Origin: the human T2T-CHM13v2.0 reference genome, Homo sapiens
Strand: one strand, 5' to 3'
Assembly: GCF_009914755.1 (NCBI RefSeq)
Contig: NC_060925.1
DNA: 64,000 bases
Shown here piece by piece: positions 41,614 through 55,653 of this stretch. The first letter of the stretch is position 1; each line of letters starts with the position of its first letter. Position numbers and translations under genes: made by a program. The notes under the pieces were generated by a model. It worked only from the letters and a program-made list of their open reading frames with translations, was not told the origin of the DNA and did not search any database.

Positions 41614-41984
41614 GGCCAGGTGTGGTGGTTCACGCCTGTAATCCAGCACTTTGGGAGGCTGAGGCAGGCGGATTGCTTGAGGTCAGGAGTTCGAGGCCAG
41701 CCTGGCCAACATGGTGAAAGCCCGTCTTCACTAAAAATACAAAATTTAGCCAGGAGTGGTGGCACATGCCTGTAATCCCAGCTACTCAGGAGGAAGAGGC
41801 AGGAGGATCACTCGAACCCGGGAGGCAGAAGTTGCAGTGAGCTGAGCCCACAGTAAGTTTGTCAAACGGGTCAAAGTTGTCTGCAGCTCCACTTAGCCTA
41901 GAATCCAGTCATGCCACTGCACTCCAGCCTGGGCGACAGAGCGAGACTCCATCTCAAAAAAGGAAAAAAAAAAAAAAAAAAAAA
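41614..41984 (+). mobile_element. Alu (AluS-like) carrying a 62-nt non-Alu insertion at 41847-41908
   Basis: Alu dimer, A tail, TSD aaac(c/g)ctaac; right arm interrupted at gag|..|tcatgccactgc. Confidence 0.92.
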
Positions 41985-42546
41985 CGCTAACTTCCCATTT
42001 CCTTTCTCCCACCAGCTCCTGGTACTCGCCATTGTACTTTCTGTCTCTGTAAATCTGACTAGTTTAGGTACCTCATATAAGTGAAATCATATTAATACAA
42101 TAGTCGTCCTGCGTCTGCTTTATTTTATTCAGCATAATGTTTTCAAGATGAATATCAAATATTTTTTATAAAAAGTATACATTTTACATGCAAAATTTAT
42201 TAAGTTTAACACTGCAATCAAATGGCAAAGACATCATCAAAAACATGTACGAAGCAAGCACCTTTTGCTGGCATCACTTCATTGGATCCTCACAGCTGCT
42301 CTGTGAGATGGGCTTTACAGATGAAAGAATAGAGCCCAGGGAAGATAAGTGACTTACCCAAGGACATGCAGCTTGTAAACCAACAAGCAAACATGCACAT
42401 TCAGGTCTTCTAATTTCCAGTCCTTTTTAATTTACAGGATCAGCTGCCTCCCATCCCATTTATAAGGATGGTCAAAACAAAAAGATACCAATGTTGGACA
42501 GCAAGTCAGGGAAGGAGCTAGAACTTGATAAACTAGCTTTTGTAAG

Positions 42547-43409
42547 TGATAACGGGAGGGAAGTGCTGGGAAGGGCGTGGTCCCTTTAAATAACAGGAAA
42601 GGAGGGAAAGGAAGTGCTGGGTAGAGGAGGGCGTGGTCCCTGGCGAGGGCTCCACCCCCAAACCCGTGCCCACGGGTCTAAGTGAGGACAGGCACCCCTG
42701 CCTTCAGCGCCCAAATGTTGCATTTCCTAAGACCACCCTGGCTCACCACGCCCCCATCCTGTGCCTATAAAAACCTCCAAGATTCTAGCAGGCAGACACA
42801 CAAGCAGCTGGACGTGGAGAGGAACACATCGCAGAAGACACAAGCAGCTGGACAGCGAGAGGATGTGGATGGGAGCACGCCAGAGGAAGAGCACACGACA
42901 GATCCCAGCATGCCGACAGGCCACGACTGGCGGAAGGAGGAACAGTTGGCGGAGTTTGGCCGGGGCAATCAGAGGAGAGCCCAGGCAGTCTAGCGGCCCA
43001 ACTCCAGGGGAAAACCATCTCCCTTCTGGCTCCCCCATCTGCTGAGAGCTACTTCTACTCAGTAAAACCTTGCACTCGTTCTTCAAGCCCAGGTGTGATC
43101 CGATTCTCCTGGTACACCAAGGCAAGAACCCAGGGATACAGAAAGCCCTCTGTCCTTGCAATAAGGCAGGGGTCTAATTGAGCTAACACAAGCTAACTAT
43201 GGACAGCTAAACTAAAAGAGCACGTGGTAACACATGCCCACTGGGGCTTCAGCTGCAAACATTCACCCCTAGACATTGCTGTGGGGTCGGAGCCCCACAG
43301 CCTGCCCATCTGTATGCTCCCCTAGATTTGAGCAGTGGGGCACTGAAGAAGCCAGCCACATCCCCATTCCACACCCTGCAAGGGGGACAAGGGAACATTT
43401 CCCGTTTCA
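42547..43409 (+). mobile_element. ERV1 solo LTR, LTR1-family-like
   Basis: TG...CA termini (tgataacggg / cccgtttca), GC boxes, TATAAAA at 42766, AGTAAA at 43061; subfamily assigned from memory. Confidence 0.75.
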
Positions 43410-44241
43410 CTGAGAAGGGCATTCCAGGCTGGTAACCATCTGTGACCTGGGTGCAGAGATGAGCTTGGTAGGGGCTGCACAAGGAAGAAAGAAGCAGGAT
43501 GTGGATAGGAACTGTGAATATCCTAATCTGATTTAAAAAGGACTCTTAGAAGAATCTTTCCTTTCATTCCAACCTATAATGGATTATCTTAAACAAGGAC
43601 CTTTGTTCTTTTTTTCCCTGCCTCATGAGAATATACAGATAAATAGAATTTCAGCCAAACACTACATGTGCCCTGAGAGCTTCCTAGTTGGCATCTGCTG
43701 CATTTGTCTTTTCCCACTGCAGCCTGGACTGGTGCAGGATGTGGAAGGGATGAGGTATTGCTTAACACACATTAGAGACAAAATCCTTGACAAAAATAAA
43801 GTACTAAAGTGAATTTGATTCATTTACTTGATAACCCATACTATAGACTACCTTTGCCCTTAAGATTGATTTCTGCAGACCAGAGAATTTTTTTATTGCC
43901 TCAGCTATTAATGCCAGCCCAACCACAATTTTCTAGAATTTCTTTCATTTCTTTCTGAAAAGCACACACATCTTTATTTCATATTGCATCACTTCTTTAG
44001 AAGAAAACATGATTTTGCTCATTGTTTTTGGCAACATTGCTAAAGATATAAAAGCATTTAATTTAACAATAATTACTATCAAAAGAAATAACTTTTGAAA
44101 AACTTCCCAGAGTGTTTATTACAGAAACAAAAAGAAAAACTGAGAGGAGTGAAGACTAGGCATTTGCAATTTGTGGATACCAACCACCCATAAGCAGAAG
44201 AAGAATAATTTGGTTCTAATCAAAAGATTTGGTCTATTTGG

Positions 44242-44577
<336 letters not shown>

Positions 44578-44748
44578 TTATTCGGGGAACTCTGTATGTA
44601 AGTTGGCAAAGACCAAAATAGTGCCAACATATGAAGCACTGAAAAAGAAAAAGTTAAAATATCTTAGCCTCAACACTCGAAATATAGCAAGCCCACATAT
44701 TTGAAGACCAAACACATCAAGACTCATCTTTCCCTTAAAAGAATTTTC

Positions 44749-45040
44749 AGCTGGGCACAGTGGCTCGTGCCTGTAATCCCAGCACTTTGGGAGGCTGAGG
44801 CGGGTGGATTACTTTAGACCAGGAGTTTGGGACCAGCCTGGCCAAAATGTGAAACCCCCGTCTCTACTAAAAATATAAAAATTAGCCGAGACTGGTGGTG
44901 CACACCTGTAGTCCCAGCTATTCAGGAGACTGAGACAAGACTCGCTTGAACCCAGGAGGTGGAGGCTGCAGTGAGCCAACATTGCACCACTGCACTCCAG
45001 CCTAGACAACAGAGTGAGACTTTGTCACAAAAAAAAAAAA
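44749..45040 (+). mobile_element. Alu (AluS-like)
   Basis: dimer with A tail, TSD agaatttt. Confidence 0.9.
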
Positions 45041-46454
45041 GAGAGAATTTTTCTTTGTCAGATGTAGAATATAACTTAAGAGAAATTTATTAACATTTAA
45101 GCTCCTTAGTATAGAAAACTGGAGGAAAATAACTTTAGTACACACTTAATTTGCTATACTAAATTTTTTTAATAAAGACCTTCAAAAGGAAAATTTAGAT
45201 TATAAGTAGCATGGCACATATAGAATATGAACACAGAAAGTTCATATCTAAGCCCTAAGCCACTTATGATAAACACCTATAAAAGGAACAAAAACTAAAC
45301 TTCCACATTATTTTACCCAGTAAAAGATGTAGGCTATTAGTAGAAAGTTGGTTAAGTAAATTCAAAAAATAAAAATATAAAAAAGAAATAATGAGAAAAT
45401 TTTTGAAAAATATTAATAAAATAAAGATGTAGGCTACATAGCTGAGGCTATTATTCACACCATATAGAAATTAGGTTCTCGAGCCAAGCAGAAACTATAA
45501 CATAATCAGAAAGAATACCTAAAGAAATAAAGTATGACTTCCTAAATTTTTTATTTTAAAAATGCCCAGTTTATTTATTTGCTTTGCCTAAGATAGCTGC
45601 ATTCATTATTACAGGGTCAGGGGACTTGTAAAAACAAATATCAATTATTATAAATAATCACAGAAAACAAATAAACTGGAAAATAAACAGCGGTTACTAA
45701 TTTAAGGTTTTAACCCTTACCCCAACCACCCAAAAAAAGTAGCCATTTTTAAAATAAAGATTAAGAGTTGGTGGAATTTAAGGGAAATGCCATCCGGTAA
45801 TGTTACCTAAATACTAGAAAGGAATCAGCACAAGGAAACAGGAACAAAGCAGTGCAGTACTTCGGTATTACAGCGCCACCCACTGGCTAGAAGTCCTCAT
45901 AGCACATATGAGATGTAGCCATAAAATAGATGAATTCTTGAAATAAGGAATATAACACTGACTATTCTGATTCAGTAGAACATAAAAAATGTCTAACAAA
46001 ACAGAACCAGACACATTATATTATTTCTACAAGTAAACAGAATATCTATTAGATATGTTCACAAGGGTTTTATCAATTTTGAAATCCAAGTGTATAATCC
46101 CCAAATGCTGTAAGGACTTAAATTTTATAGCCAAAACAATTAACACATAAAATGCTATTTCATCTCTGTAGCTGAATACATAAATAGTATCTTTAAGTAA
46201 AAGATGCATACTTGCATTTCATTGCTAAGCAATTCATAATATATTTAAATGCTGGTAAAACCTACAATGGCATCTGCTTCACTTCTACCTTTACTAGAGA
46301 AGTAACAAAATACACTGAGCAAAGGATATGTCCAAAAAACTAAACTGAAAAACAGTTTCTAAATAAAGTCCACAGACCATTCAGATAAACTAGTAAAAAT
46401 AGTTTTTCTTTAAAGTACCACAGCACCTTTGTAGTTCAAAATATATTTACCATA

Positions 46455-46733
46455 GGCTGGGCGTGGTGGCTCACGCCTGTAATCCCAGCACTTTGGGAAG
46501 CTGAGGCAGGCAGATCACAAGGTCAGGAGATCGAGACCATCCTGTGAATGGTGAAACCCTGTCTCTACTAAAAATATAAAAAAAATTAGCCCGGCATGGT
46601 GGCGGGCACCTGTAGTCCCAGCTACTCAGGAGGCTGAGGCAGGAGAATGGTGTGAACCCAGGAGGCGGAGCTTGCAGTGAGCCGAGATTGCACCACTGCA
46701 CTCCAGCCTGGGCGACAGAGCAAGACTCTGTCT

Positions 46734-46788
<55 letters not shown>

Positions 46789-46791
46789 TAT
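46455..46791 (+). mobile_element. Alu (AluY/Sc-like) with long A tail followed by (TA)n
   Basis: gagatcgagaccatcctg and gaatggtgtgaacc..ggagcttgcag diagnostic positions. Confidence 0.9.
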
Positions 46792-46804
46792 CGTAATATA
46801 TCTC

Positions 46805-46853
46805 TTTATTATCCTAGTGACATCTGTTGTGATTTTCCAAATCACTATTTATT
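46805..46853 (-). terminator. FRRS1: Proximal FRRS1 polyA signals (AATAAA on - strand at 46853-46848 and 46810-46805)
   Basis: canonical hexamers about 300 nt past the stop, followed on the - strand by the (TA)n/U-rich Alu tail. Confidence 0.6.
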
Positions 46854-47155
46854 TTCTTAAATACCAACATTCTTAAAATCTTGGCATGAAATATTTGAGA
46901 GTTACTTCTCCTGAAGTACAATCTTTCCTTTAAGACCCAGAATTACATATAGGGCATGACATTAATTTATAGTCTATATGACCCTCTTGAATGTTGTTCT
47001 CTAAAGGCTGGACTTCAGAATTCCTCTACAGACATGACCCCAGTCTTCCAAGTGAGAATTCACAAATATGCTCCAGGCAGTCAGGACAGGCTTCAAGTTT
47101 CTTTGGTTTGATGATAATTATCACTTGGCCTGCAAAAGCCAAGGTCTTTGCTTGC

Positions 47156-47248
47156 TCATAGATGGTTGATTGCAGATAAAAATATGATGAGAAAAGTAAC
47201 ATTCCCACAGACATAAATTGCCAACACTGCCTTTTTAAAAGCATGACC
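47156..47248 (-). CDS. FRRS1: FRRS1 terminal exon, coding part (GHAFKKAVLAIYVCGNVTFLIIFLSAINHL*)
   Basis: tttcag| after a 77-nt intron; TGA at 47158-47156; C-terminal hydrophobic helix. Confidence 0.93.
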   Translation of the reverse strand, partial: GHAFKKAVLAIYVCGNVTFLIIFLSAINHL

Positions 47249-47325
47249 CTGAAAGAAAAATTGAGATATGAAAAAAAAAAGTATTACCATTAAGGTTTGT
47301 GTCAATGAACAAGAAAAGGACTTAC

Positions 47326-47387
47326 CTCTGTTTCCACTGCAGTAAATGACTGAAGGATCTGAATTCTGTCATCATCCAATATTTCAA
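47326..47387 (-). CDS. FRRS1: FRRS1 penultimate exon (VEILDDDRIQILQSFTAVETE)
   Basis: tgacag| and |gtaagt; 62 nt, phase 1-0. Confidence 0.92.
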
Positions 47388-47813
47388 CTGTCAAGAATAA
47401 TAACATAAGTTTTTAAGGGCAGCGTTATGCAGGTAAATTAAATTTTTTAAAAAAACCTGATTTGTACTGTTCACCCCAATTTCCAGGGTAGAAATTCTCC
47501 CACTCCAAACTACTAATTATTGCAGACTTCCTGAACAATTAAGCCTCTCACAAATGTGGACAATCTGGCAAGAGCACACATTTGTTAAATAACTTAAAAT
47601 ATGCCTTCTTCTAGTCATTAAACACCACCTCAAAGTCATAACGATCTAAGCTCTTTGGTTTTATTTTTGATTGACAAAATATTGTATATATTCATGGTGT
47701 ATGACATGATGTTTTGATATATGCATACATTATAAAATAGCTAAATCAAACTAATTAACATATGATAACTATCCAGGTTTTAAGTATATATGTATTTTAG
47801 ACAGTAAGCCATC

Positions 47814-48122
47814 AGCCAAGCATGGTGGCTCACACCTGCAATCCCAGCACTTTGGAAGGAAGAGGCGGGTAGATCACTTGAGCCCAGGAGTTTGAGATCA
47901 GCCTGGGCAACAAAGTGAGACCCTGTCTCTAAAAAAATTTAAAAACTTAGCTGGGTATGATAGCACGTCCCTGTGATCCCAGCTAGATGGGAATCTGAAT
48001 CAGGTGGATGGCTTAAGCTCTGGAGTTCAAGGCTGCAGTGAGCTATGATCACACCACTGCACTCCAGCCTAAATGACAGAGTGAGACTCTGTCTCAAAAC
48101 AAACAAACAAACAAACAAAAAA
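47814..48122 (+). mobile_element. Alu (AluJ-like), (AAAC)n tail, TSD acagtaagccat
   Basis: dimer; TSD at 47801-47812 and 48123-48134. Confidence 0.9.
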
Positions 48123-48933
48123 ACAGTAAGCCATAATTCAGTGGTCATCAAAAGCCCCACATATATAAGCCTATCAAGGATCAAAAGTAGCAGGACAGAT
48201 ATGTACTACTCAGCTCCTGAAGCCACCCCAGGCTCTCCTAAGTTTACAACATATACACTAGACAACAAAGAATTTTTGTTTTTAGAAGGCCACCTTCACT
48301 TATTTTGGTGGATGAAAACCAGGCAGGACACAAAGGACATTTAGCCTAGAATCCAGGCTAAATGATACCCATTCCCTACTAATTTCTCCACTCCTAATGG
48401 TGGCTATAGGTATCCTGACCCTGCCTGGCACCAAAACAAACCTTGTCACTAAAGAGCAAAAGCAAAATCAGTCCTTCCTATCTGGCTTGCTCCTAGCTAC
48501 ATAATTATGCACATGACAACCTAAATGATAGCACCCAGTAAATTTGTCAAATAGGTCAAAGTTGTCTGCACCTCCATCCAGTGTTGACTTTGAGTCTCTT
48601 CTTCCTCCATCTCAGGGTTTCCTCAGCTCTAGGCATTCAGAGTTCCCAGTCCATACTGGCTCTAAGTCAGACCAGCAAAGTGAAAGTACTTACAAGGAAG
48701 ACTCCCTGCCTAAAACCTAAAACCTTTCCTTTATATCTTATTCACAACTTCTAATAGTAACAAATGTAAAAAAACAAAGGCAGAAAATCACAATTTCTAG
48801 CACTGGCTGAGTGATCACAAGTTTTTAGTGAGCTAACAATGTAGCAGTCAGCCATTACTATCGGGAAGCGCATTCTTTTCCAATGGTTTGTATAGAAGTG
48901 CTTCTACATAACATGGCTTTTTTACCAGGTTAC

Positions 48934-49077
48934 CTTTGCGAGAGAGCCGATAAGCATGTACCTCCAGAACAACCTCAGTCCCAACATGCCAGGCTACGAA
49001 TCCGGTCATTGCATAGGTTTTCCATGAATCAGGAAGATTCAGTCCTGGTAAATCCATTCCCAGGAACATCGCTGCCA
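48934..49077 (-). CDS. FRRS1: FRRS1 exon (VAAMFLGMDLPGLNLPDSWKTYAMTGFVAWHVGTEVVLEVHAYRLSRK)
   Basis: within ORF 48848..49168; atgtag| and |gtaacc; 144 nt, phase 1-1. Confidence 0.95.
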
Positions 49078-49299
49078 CTACATACAAAAGAAAAAAGTTA
49101 CATTCAAATGTAGTCCCACCAAGAGAGACAATTGTGTGTTTGTGTATGTGTATTATCAAGTAAAACATACTAAAAGAGTTTGAGATAAAAGAAGATTAAT
49201 ATCTAAGACCAAATAGTTAATTCAGACTTTTAAAATTATAAGGCTAGATAGGGCAAGATGGGCAACTGATTATGAATTACCAATTGTGGGGGGCGGTTT

Positions 49300-49610
49300 A
49301 GGGCATATTGCGTAATAATGCTGGAGTTTGGCCTTCTAGTGAACCCATCACCCAAGTGGTGAACATAGTACCCAAAGGGTAGTGTTTCAACTCTTTCCCC
49401 CATTCCGCCCTCTCCTCTTTTGGAGTCCCCAGGGTCTATTGTTTCTATCTTTATGTCCGTGTGTACTCATTGTTTAGCTCACATTTATAAGTGAGAACAT
49501 GTGGTATGTGATTTTCTGTTTCTGCATTAATTCATGTAGGATAATCACTTCCAGCAGCATCCATGTTGCTACAAAAGACATGACTTCATTCTTTTTTATG
49601 GCTGCGTAAT
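49300..49610 (-). mobile_element. L1 (old L1PA/L1MA) 3' end fragment
   Basis: gaacccatcacccaag..gaacatagtaccc..ttataagtgagaacatgtggtat..catccatgttgct. Confidence 0.75.
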
Positions 49611-50232
49611 CTACCAATCCTTAAAAGAGATGCACCCACATTTTCCAGATTGTTTTAAGTCTGCAATATATGAAAGGAGAAAAGTATAGAAACCACAGTT
49701 GATTGGACTCCCACTCTGACAAAGAATCCCATAGACTATAGCAGTGTTAAGGTAGAAGGTGCCTACTTAGGTGTTTATTATACAAGGTATCAAAATATGC
49801 TGCATAAGTATTCCTGACTTTTGAAAACCACCCTGCCCTGGAAGATACAAGCCCCATGGAAAGGACCTGGAGATGGAAAGCTTGAACCCAGCAACCCACC
49901 TCAACCCAATTCACAAATGACCCTCAATTTGAGCTACTCAAATGTTTGGCCATCAGCATAGCTTATTCTGCTGGCAAAGGCAAATACTAAAATAAGTCTT
50001 TAAATGAGAGTTTTAAAGTTATTGTAAAGACCTTAAACTTAAAACTGAAATAATGACTTAAATCATTACCTCTAGAAATTACTTTCTGGATTTCAACGTT
50101 TAAGGCTGATTTCTTCTCAACAACCAATTACTCCAATTACTAATGCATCTAAAAATCATTTAAGCCAAATTACAACTTGTAATATAAGCAGCTAGCAATT
50201 ATATATGAATAAGTGGCATCACAATCTCTTAC

Positions 50233-50291
50233 CTGCTATTATTCTAGCAGCTGTTCCCATACTCCAATGAGTCCAGTTAAACATTTGCCTT
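50233..50291 (-). CDS. FRRS1: FRRS1 exon (..RQMFNWTHWSMGTAARIIA..)
   Basis: tggtag| and |gtaaga; 59 nt, phase 2-1; FNWxH heme-ligand motif. Confidence 0.95.
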
Positions 50292-50545
50292 CTACCAAAA
50301 TAAGAACCAGTCAGTATTCTTAAAAGCAATGGAACTATAATTAATTCCCACTAGAATAAAAAGCATGTAATTTCCTTATTGTCTGGGAATTAGATATCTG
50401 AAATGCATTTTAAAGTATTTCAAAGTAACTATAATTTATCACTGAATTTTATAAAATGCAAAATTTTTCCATTTGAAAACAGATTAGTTTGCCAACTAAT
50501 GATATCTACATTAAGAGAGCATTTATATAGAAAGGCTCTAAGTAC

Positions 50546-50643
50546 CTTGGGTCATGTAAAGGTGGCCTGAAGACTGCCAGAAGAGGCTGAAGAACTGCCA
50601 AAGTCATCACTATACAGCCGAGGTATGGGTGGTAACCTGCATG
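50546..50643 (-). CDS. FRRS1: FRRS1 exon (HAGYHPYLGCIVMTLAVLQPLLAVFRPPLHDP..)
   Basis: gtttag| and |gtactt; 98 nt, phase 0-2; b561 HPxLG..QP..RP motif. Confidence 0.95.
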
Positions 50644-51001
50644 CTAAACAAAGTTACATCATTTTAATGGCCTCAATCTCTCTCATCAATTTAAATCCTC
50701 AAGTTAAAAATAATACACACAGATGTATTCTTAGTATTTTTCCATGGCTTTAAAGATTCAATAATGATGATAATAATAATATGCAACATTCACTGAGTAT
50801 ACACGTTGTACCAGGCATACACTTTACACACACTAATTTTTGACAACTACAATGTTTGACAACTGGTTATCAATATCCCAATTTTACAAATGGGGAAACT
50901 GAGGCTCAGAGATATCAAGAACTATGTCCAAGGTCACAGAGTATGTACATGGTTGTGGTGGAATCCATGTACAGAATGCTACCTTTCCCCATCAGGATGT
51001 T

Positions 51002-51083
51002 GTAGGTTAGTACAAAAGTAGTTGCAGTTTTTGCAGTTTTTTTTCAAGTATTTTAATCCACAATTACTTTTGCACCAACCTAA
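51002..51083. mobile_element. MADE1 (Hsmar1-derived MITE), miR-548-type hairpin
   Basis: inverted arms taggttagtacaaaagtagttgc / caattacttttgcaccaacctaa match the MADE1 TIRs. Confidence 0.88.
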
Positions 51084-51804
51084 TAGATGGCCACCAACAT
51101 CAGAACAGCCATCTGCAGCCCAGCTGGGACTCAGTTATGCATGGGTAAAATTATAACCATGACTTTAGAGATATAAAGGGTTCTATCTAATAAAAAATAA
51201 AACAGCAGCAGCAACAAGATTCTTGCATGTGTTTAGAATGTGCTAGGAACTGTCCTAAGTACTTTCAGTTATTTTAACCACAATGCTCACAGAAAGCCTA
51301 TAAGATAGATACTATACCACCCCCATTTTACAGGTGAGTAAACTGAGGGTCATAGTTAAATAACTTGCTCAAGGTGCCCCAGGTAATAAGTCATGGTGCC
51401 AGGATTTGAATCCAAGGAATCCAGCTTTAGAATGGCGCTCTTAACCTTTGTTCTATCGTATTCATAAATTGCAAAGGCTATAAACTAGACAATTACAAAA
51501 TAAGTGTTACCTTTGTCCAAAATGTCTGAATAAAATAAAGTTCTCATGTCTCAATTCATATCACAAAATCTTCATAACTTCCTTAAAAAGATAGGTTGAC
51601 TGACCCATAAACTACCTAAAAGGCAGGAGGGAGCTTTCCTAGTAATATCTGTGACCCAGGATTCATCAATCTTATCCCTGTAGCACCAGCCCAAGCTCTG
51701 AAATGTGAAATTTTGATATCAAATTCTCATTGGCTATAAAACTGGAAAAGCATAATAAAAGCACAGGCTCTGAACTTAACATATGTCACTTATTCTCAAT
51801 AAGA

Positions 51805-53080
<1,276 letters not shown>

Positions 53081-53149
53081 AAGCATCAGTTTCTTCATTT
53101 GTGACATGGGATTATTATTAATACCTACTATATTTGAGATTTAAAAGAT

Positions 53150-53284
53150 TTTTTAATAAAAATATATAGAGATGAGGCCTCACTATGTTGCCTAGGCTGG
53201 TTTCGAATTCCTGAGCTCAAGCAATCCTCCCGCCTCAGCCTCCCAAAGTGCTGGGATGACAAGTGTGAACCACCACACCCAGCC
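53150..53284 (-). mobile_element. FLAM / Alu monomer
   Basis: single antisense monomer. Confidence 0.8.
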
Positions 53285-53713
53285 TGAGATTTAAATTAGA
53301 TAACACATATAAAGCACTTAGCACCGCTGGGTACTGAGTAGAAATCCAAATTATGTTAGCTTAGTGGTCATCACAGTACTAGTTAGAGAAAACCACTCAC
53401 ATTGTTCATGTTCCTTAGATATCACACATTGAATTGTCACCACTCTATAGTGAGAAAAAATTCACTAAGGCTATAGCATGTATATAACTCATGATGCACC
53501 CTAAAAATACATTTCATTGCTAAGTAATCTGTACTGACATCCTCACTATACCCCAACCTCCAACCATGTGAGAGAGCCATCCAATGATTCAAAAGGGAAA
53601 GAAAGAGGGATCAATGCTGAAATATCTTTTTACCCATCATTTGAAAATAAAACAGCAATCTGTTTTGACATAAAATGGATTTATAAAAAAAACCCTATTT
53701 AAGATATACTTAC

Positions 53714-53800
53714 CCTACTCCAGCCTCCCCTGTATATAAACGGCATAACAAAAGCAATGCAGGTGAGGACAGTTGTGGTGAACATGAGCATCCGATGCAC
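53714..53800 (-). CDS. FRRS1: FRRS1 exon (VHRMLMFTTTVLTCIAFVMPFIYRGGWSR)
   Basis: ttgcag| and |gtaagt; 87 nt, phase 0-0; completes the WFQVHR b561 motif. Confidence 0.95.
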
Positions 53801-54387
53801 CTGCAAGGTAAAATGACAAATTAAGAAGACACTTATCCATGTAAAAGAAAGGTGGTGTTGCAACGGGGAAAATGGGGAAAAGACTATGGGGTAAGATTCA
53901 CTGAAGGCATGCATTCAACTGACATCTAATCACAGTTTGTAGCCAGGTTAAGAAAAAAAAAAAAAACTTAGTATACAATTAAACTTTAAAGAAAACCTTA
54001 AGCTGCCATTCTCATCATTCAAAAGTGTTTGCCAAGACTTCACCTGCACAGAGCAGCAGGAATGGATATTTCACACACAGAGCATATTTACTTGCCAAGT
54101 CCTTCATTTCCTTCCAAAGATATTTATTAAGCTCCACCATCGAGCACAGTGCTATGACAGGTGCAATGAGATAGTAAGGAAACAAACAAACAAAAAATAC
54201 TGTCTCCTGAGGAGCTTCAGATATAATTGAGTCAATACAAGAAAAATATGTGAACTATATAATTCATGATACAAATTAGGAGAATAAGTGTGAAAATAGC
54301 CACTGTTTATTGATTATGCCAGGATAACTGGTGCAGACCAAAACTATCTTGGGGAAAGTAGGAAGCACCCTGTGTATGTGTGTGTGT

Positions 54388-54435
54388 ATGGATGGATGGC
54401 TGGATGGATAGATGGGTGGATGGATGGATGGATGG
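54388..54435 (+). repeat. (GGAT)n imperfect microsatellite
   Basis: directly visible. Confidence 0.85.
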
Positions 54436-55537
54436 AGATAGAGACAGAGATAAAACTATGACATGTATATACACACATCATCAGCATCATAAATTTAAAG
54501 GCAGTGGAGGATTTGAGTTGATAAAGAGAATACACACAGTCTTTGAGCTGGGAATATCCACATGAGCAGATGAGAGAGAGAGAGCACAAGAGCAAAGGCA
54601 CGCAAGTGCAAGCAAGAAAGTAGTCACCTGGCAGCAAACCACAGGCAGAGAAAGAAAGGAGCAAGGTGAGCCAGGTAGCAGTACCGAGAACAAATCAGAC
54701 TGGCCTTCCCAGGCAATAGTGAGAAATGAGGCTCGATAAGGTAAACCTTATGATCTACAAATTTATATGAATATTAAATGTCAAGGATACCCTCTTACAA
54801 AGTCAAAACTGTTCGAACAAGCAGTATTTTTTTCTACAGGCATGTACATTCTAAGTCAACATGAACTCAGTGATTTTCCACTACATATGTAAATATCTAT
54901 ACTCCATGACCCATGAAAGATAAGGTTTGTTTTGCTTTGTTTTGAAGGATACTCATTGGCTCTTGCTATATTCCTTTTAGTAGACTACCTCCCCATCTCA
55001 AGGGAAGGAAGAGCATGAAAAAGAACACGTTCAGTTTCTCTTTCCACCCATACAGGAGATAGATGATCCCAATTGATGAGTTAATCTAACATTCAATGGC
55101 CCACAACCAGAGGAGTGACCCTTGCTTTGAAACACAGTAAGCCCCCACTATTTCTTTCTTCAGCTCCTCTGCATTCCTTGGCCTGACTTTACTCAGTACA
55201 GTGCAGTGGGTGAATGCTCTTCCCACATCTCCCTCTACAAACAGAGGTATAAGTAAAGGTCATTTGGGTCCCAAAGTCTATATTACAAAGGGACTCACAT
55301 GGTCCTGACACATTCTCCAGTCCAGCCTGACTCTTCCTAAAACTGTCTGTATTCTTATCTCTATCAAGCACATTGTGTCCACTCTCAATTGATCAGGAAA
55401 TCAAAGGGAAAAAGGAGGATCCCAAACCTACAACTGCAACCACAAAACGCATACATATACACACATACTTCATATGTTTTCATGTTGCAATGTTCAAATA
55501 CTATGAATATTGCATTGAACTTTTTTCCCTCACCTAC

Positions 55538-55653
55538 CTGAAACCAAGCTGCTTCACCAAGCAAGAAAGCTTTTGACCAAACTGGCTTGAAGAACCGGGC
55601 AACCAGTACACCTATGCTAACAGTAGTCATCCATGCCACAAACATTAAGGCAC
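55538..55653 (-). CDS. FRRS1: FRRS1 exon (GALMFVAWMTTVSIGVLVARFFKPVWSKAFLLGEAAWFQ)
   Basis: within ORF 55385..55684; AG/GT boundaries; 116 nt, phase 1-0; transmembrane helix. Confidence 0.95.

Larger units (their letters stand above)
35310..42150 (-). mobile_element. Cluster of nested old L1M fragments (L1MC-like 3' end ~35570-36215; L1MA/MB-like ~38185-39610; L1MB-like ~40975-42150)
   Basis: antisense L1 ORF2/3'UTR motifs throughout (ccagaagtggaattgctggatcatatggta, tggagaaatatctattcaagtcctttgccc); boundaries approximate. Confidence 0.75.

Noticed and set aside
42682-43482. Cluster of overlapping ORFs on both strands
   Set aside because: GC-rich LTR sequence with few stop codons; no gag/pol/env similarity.
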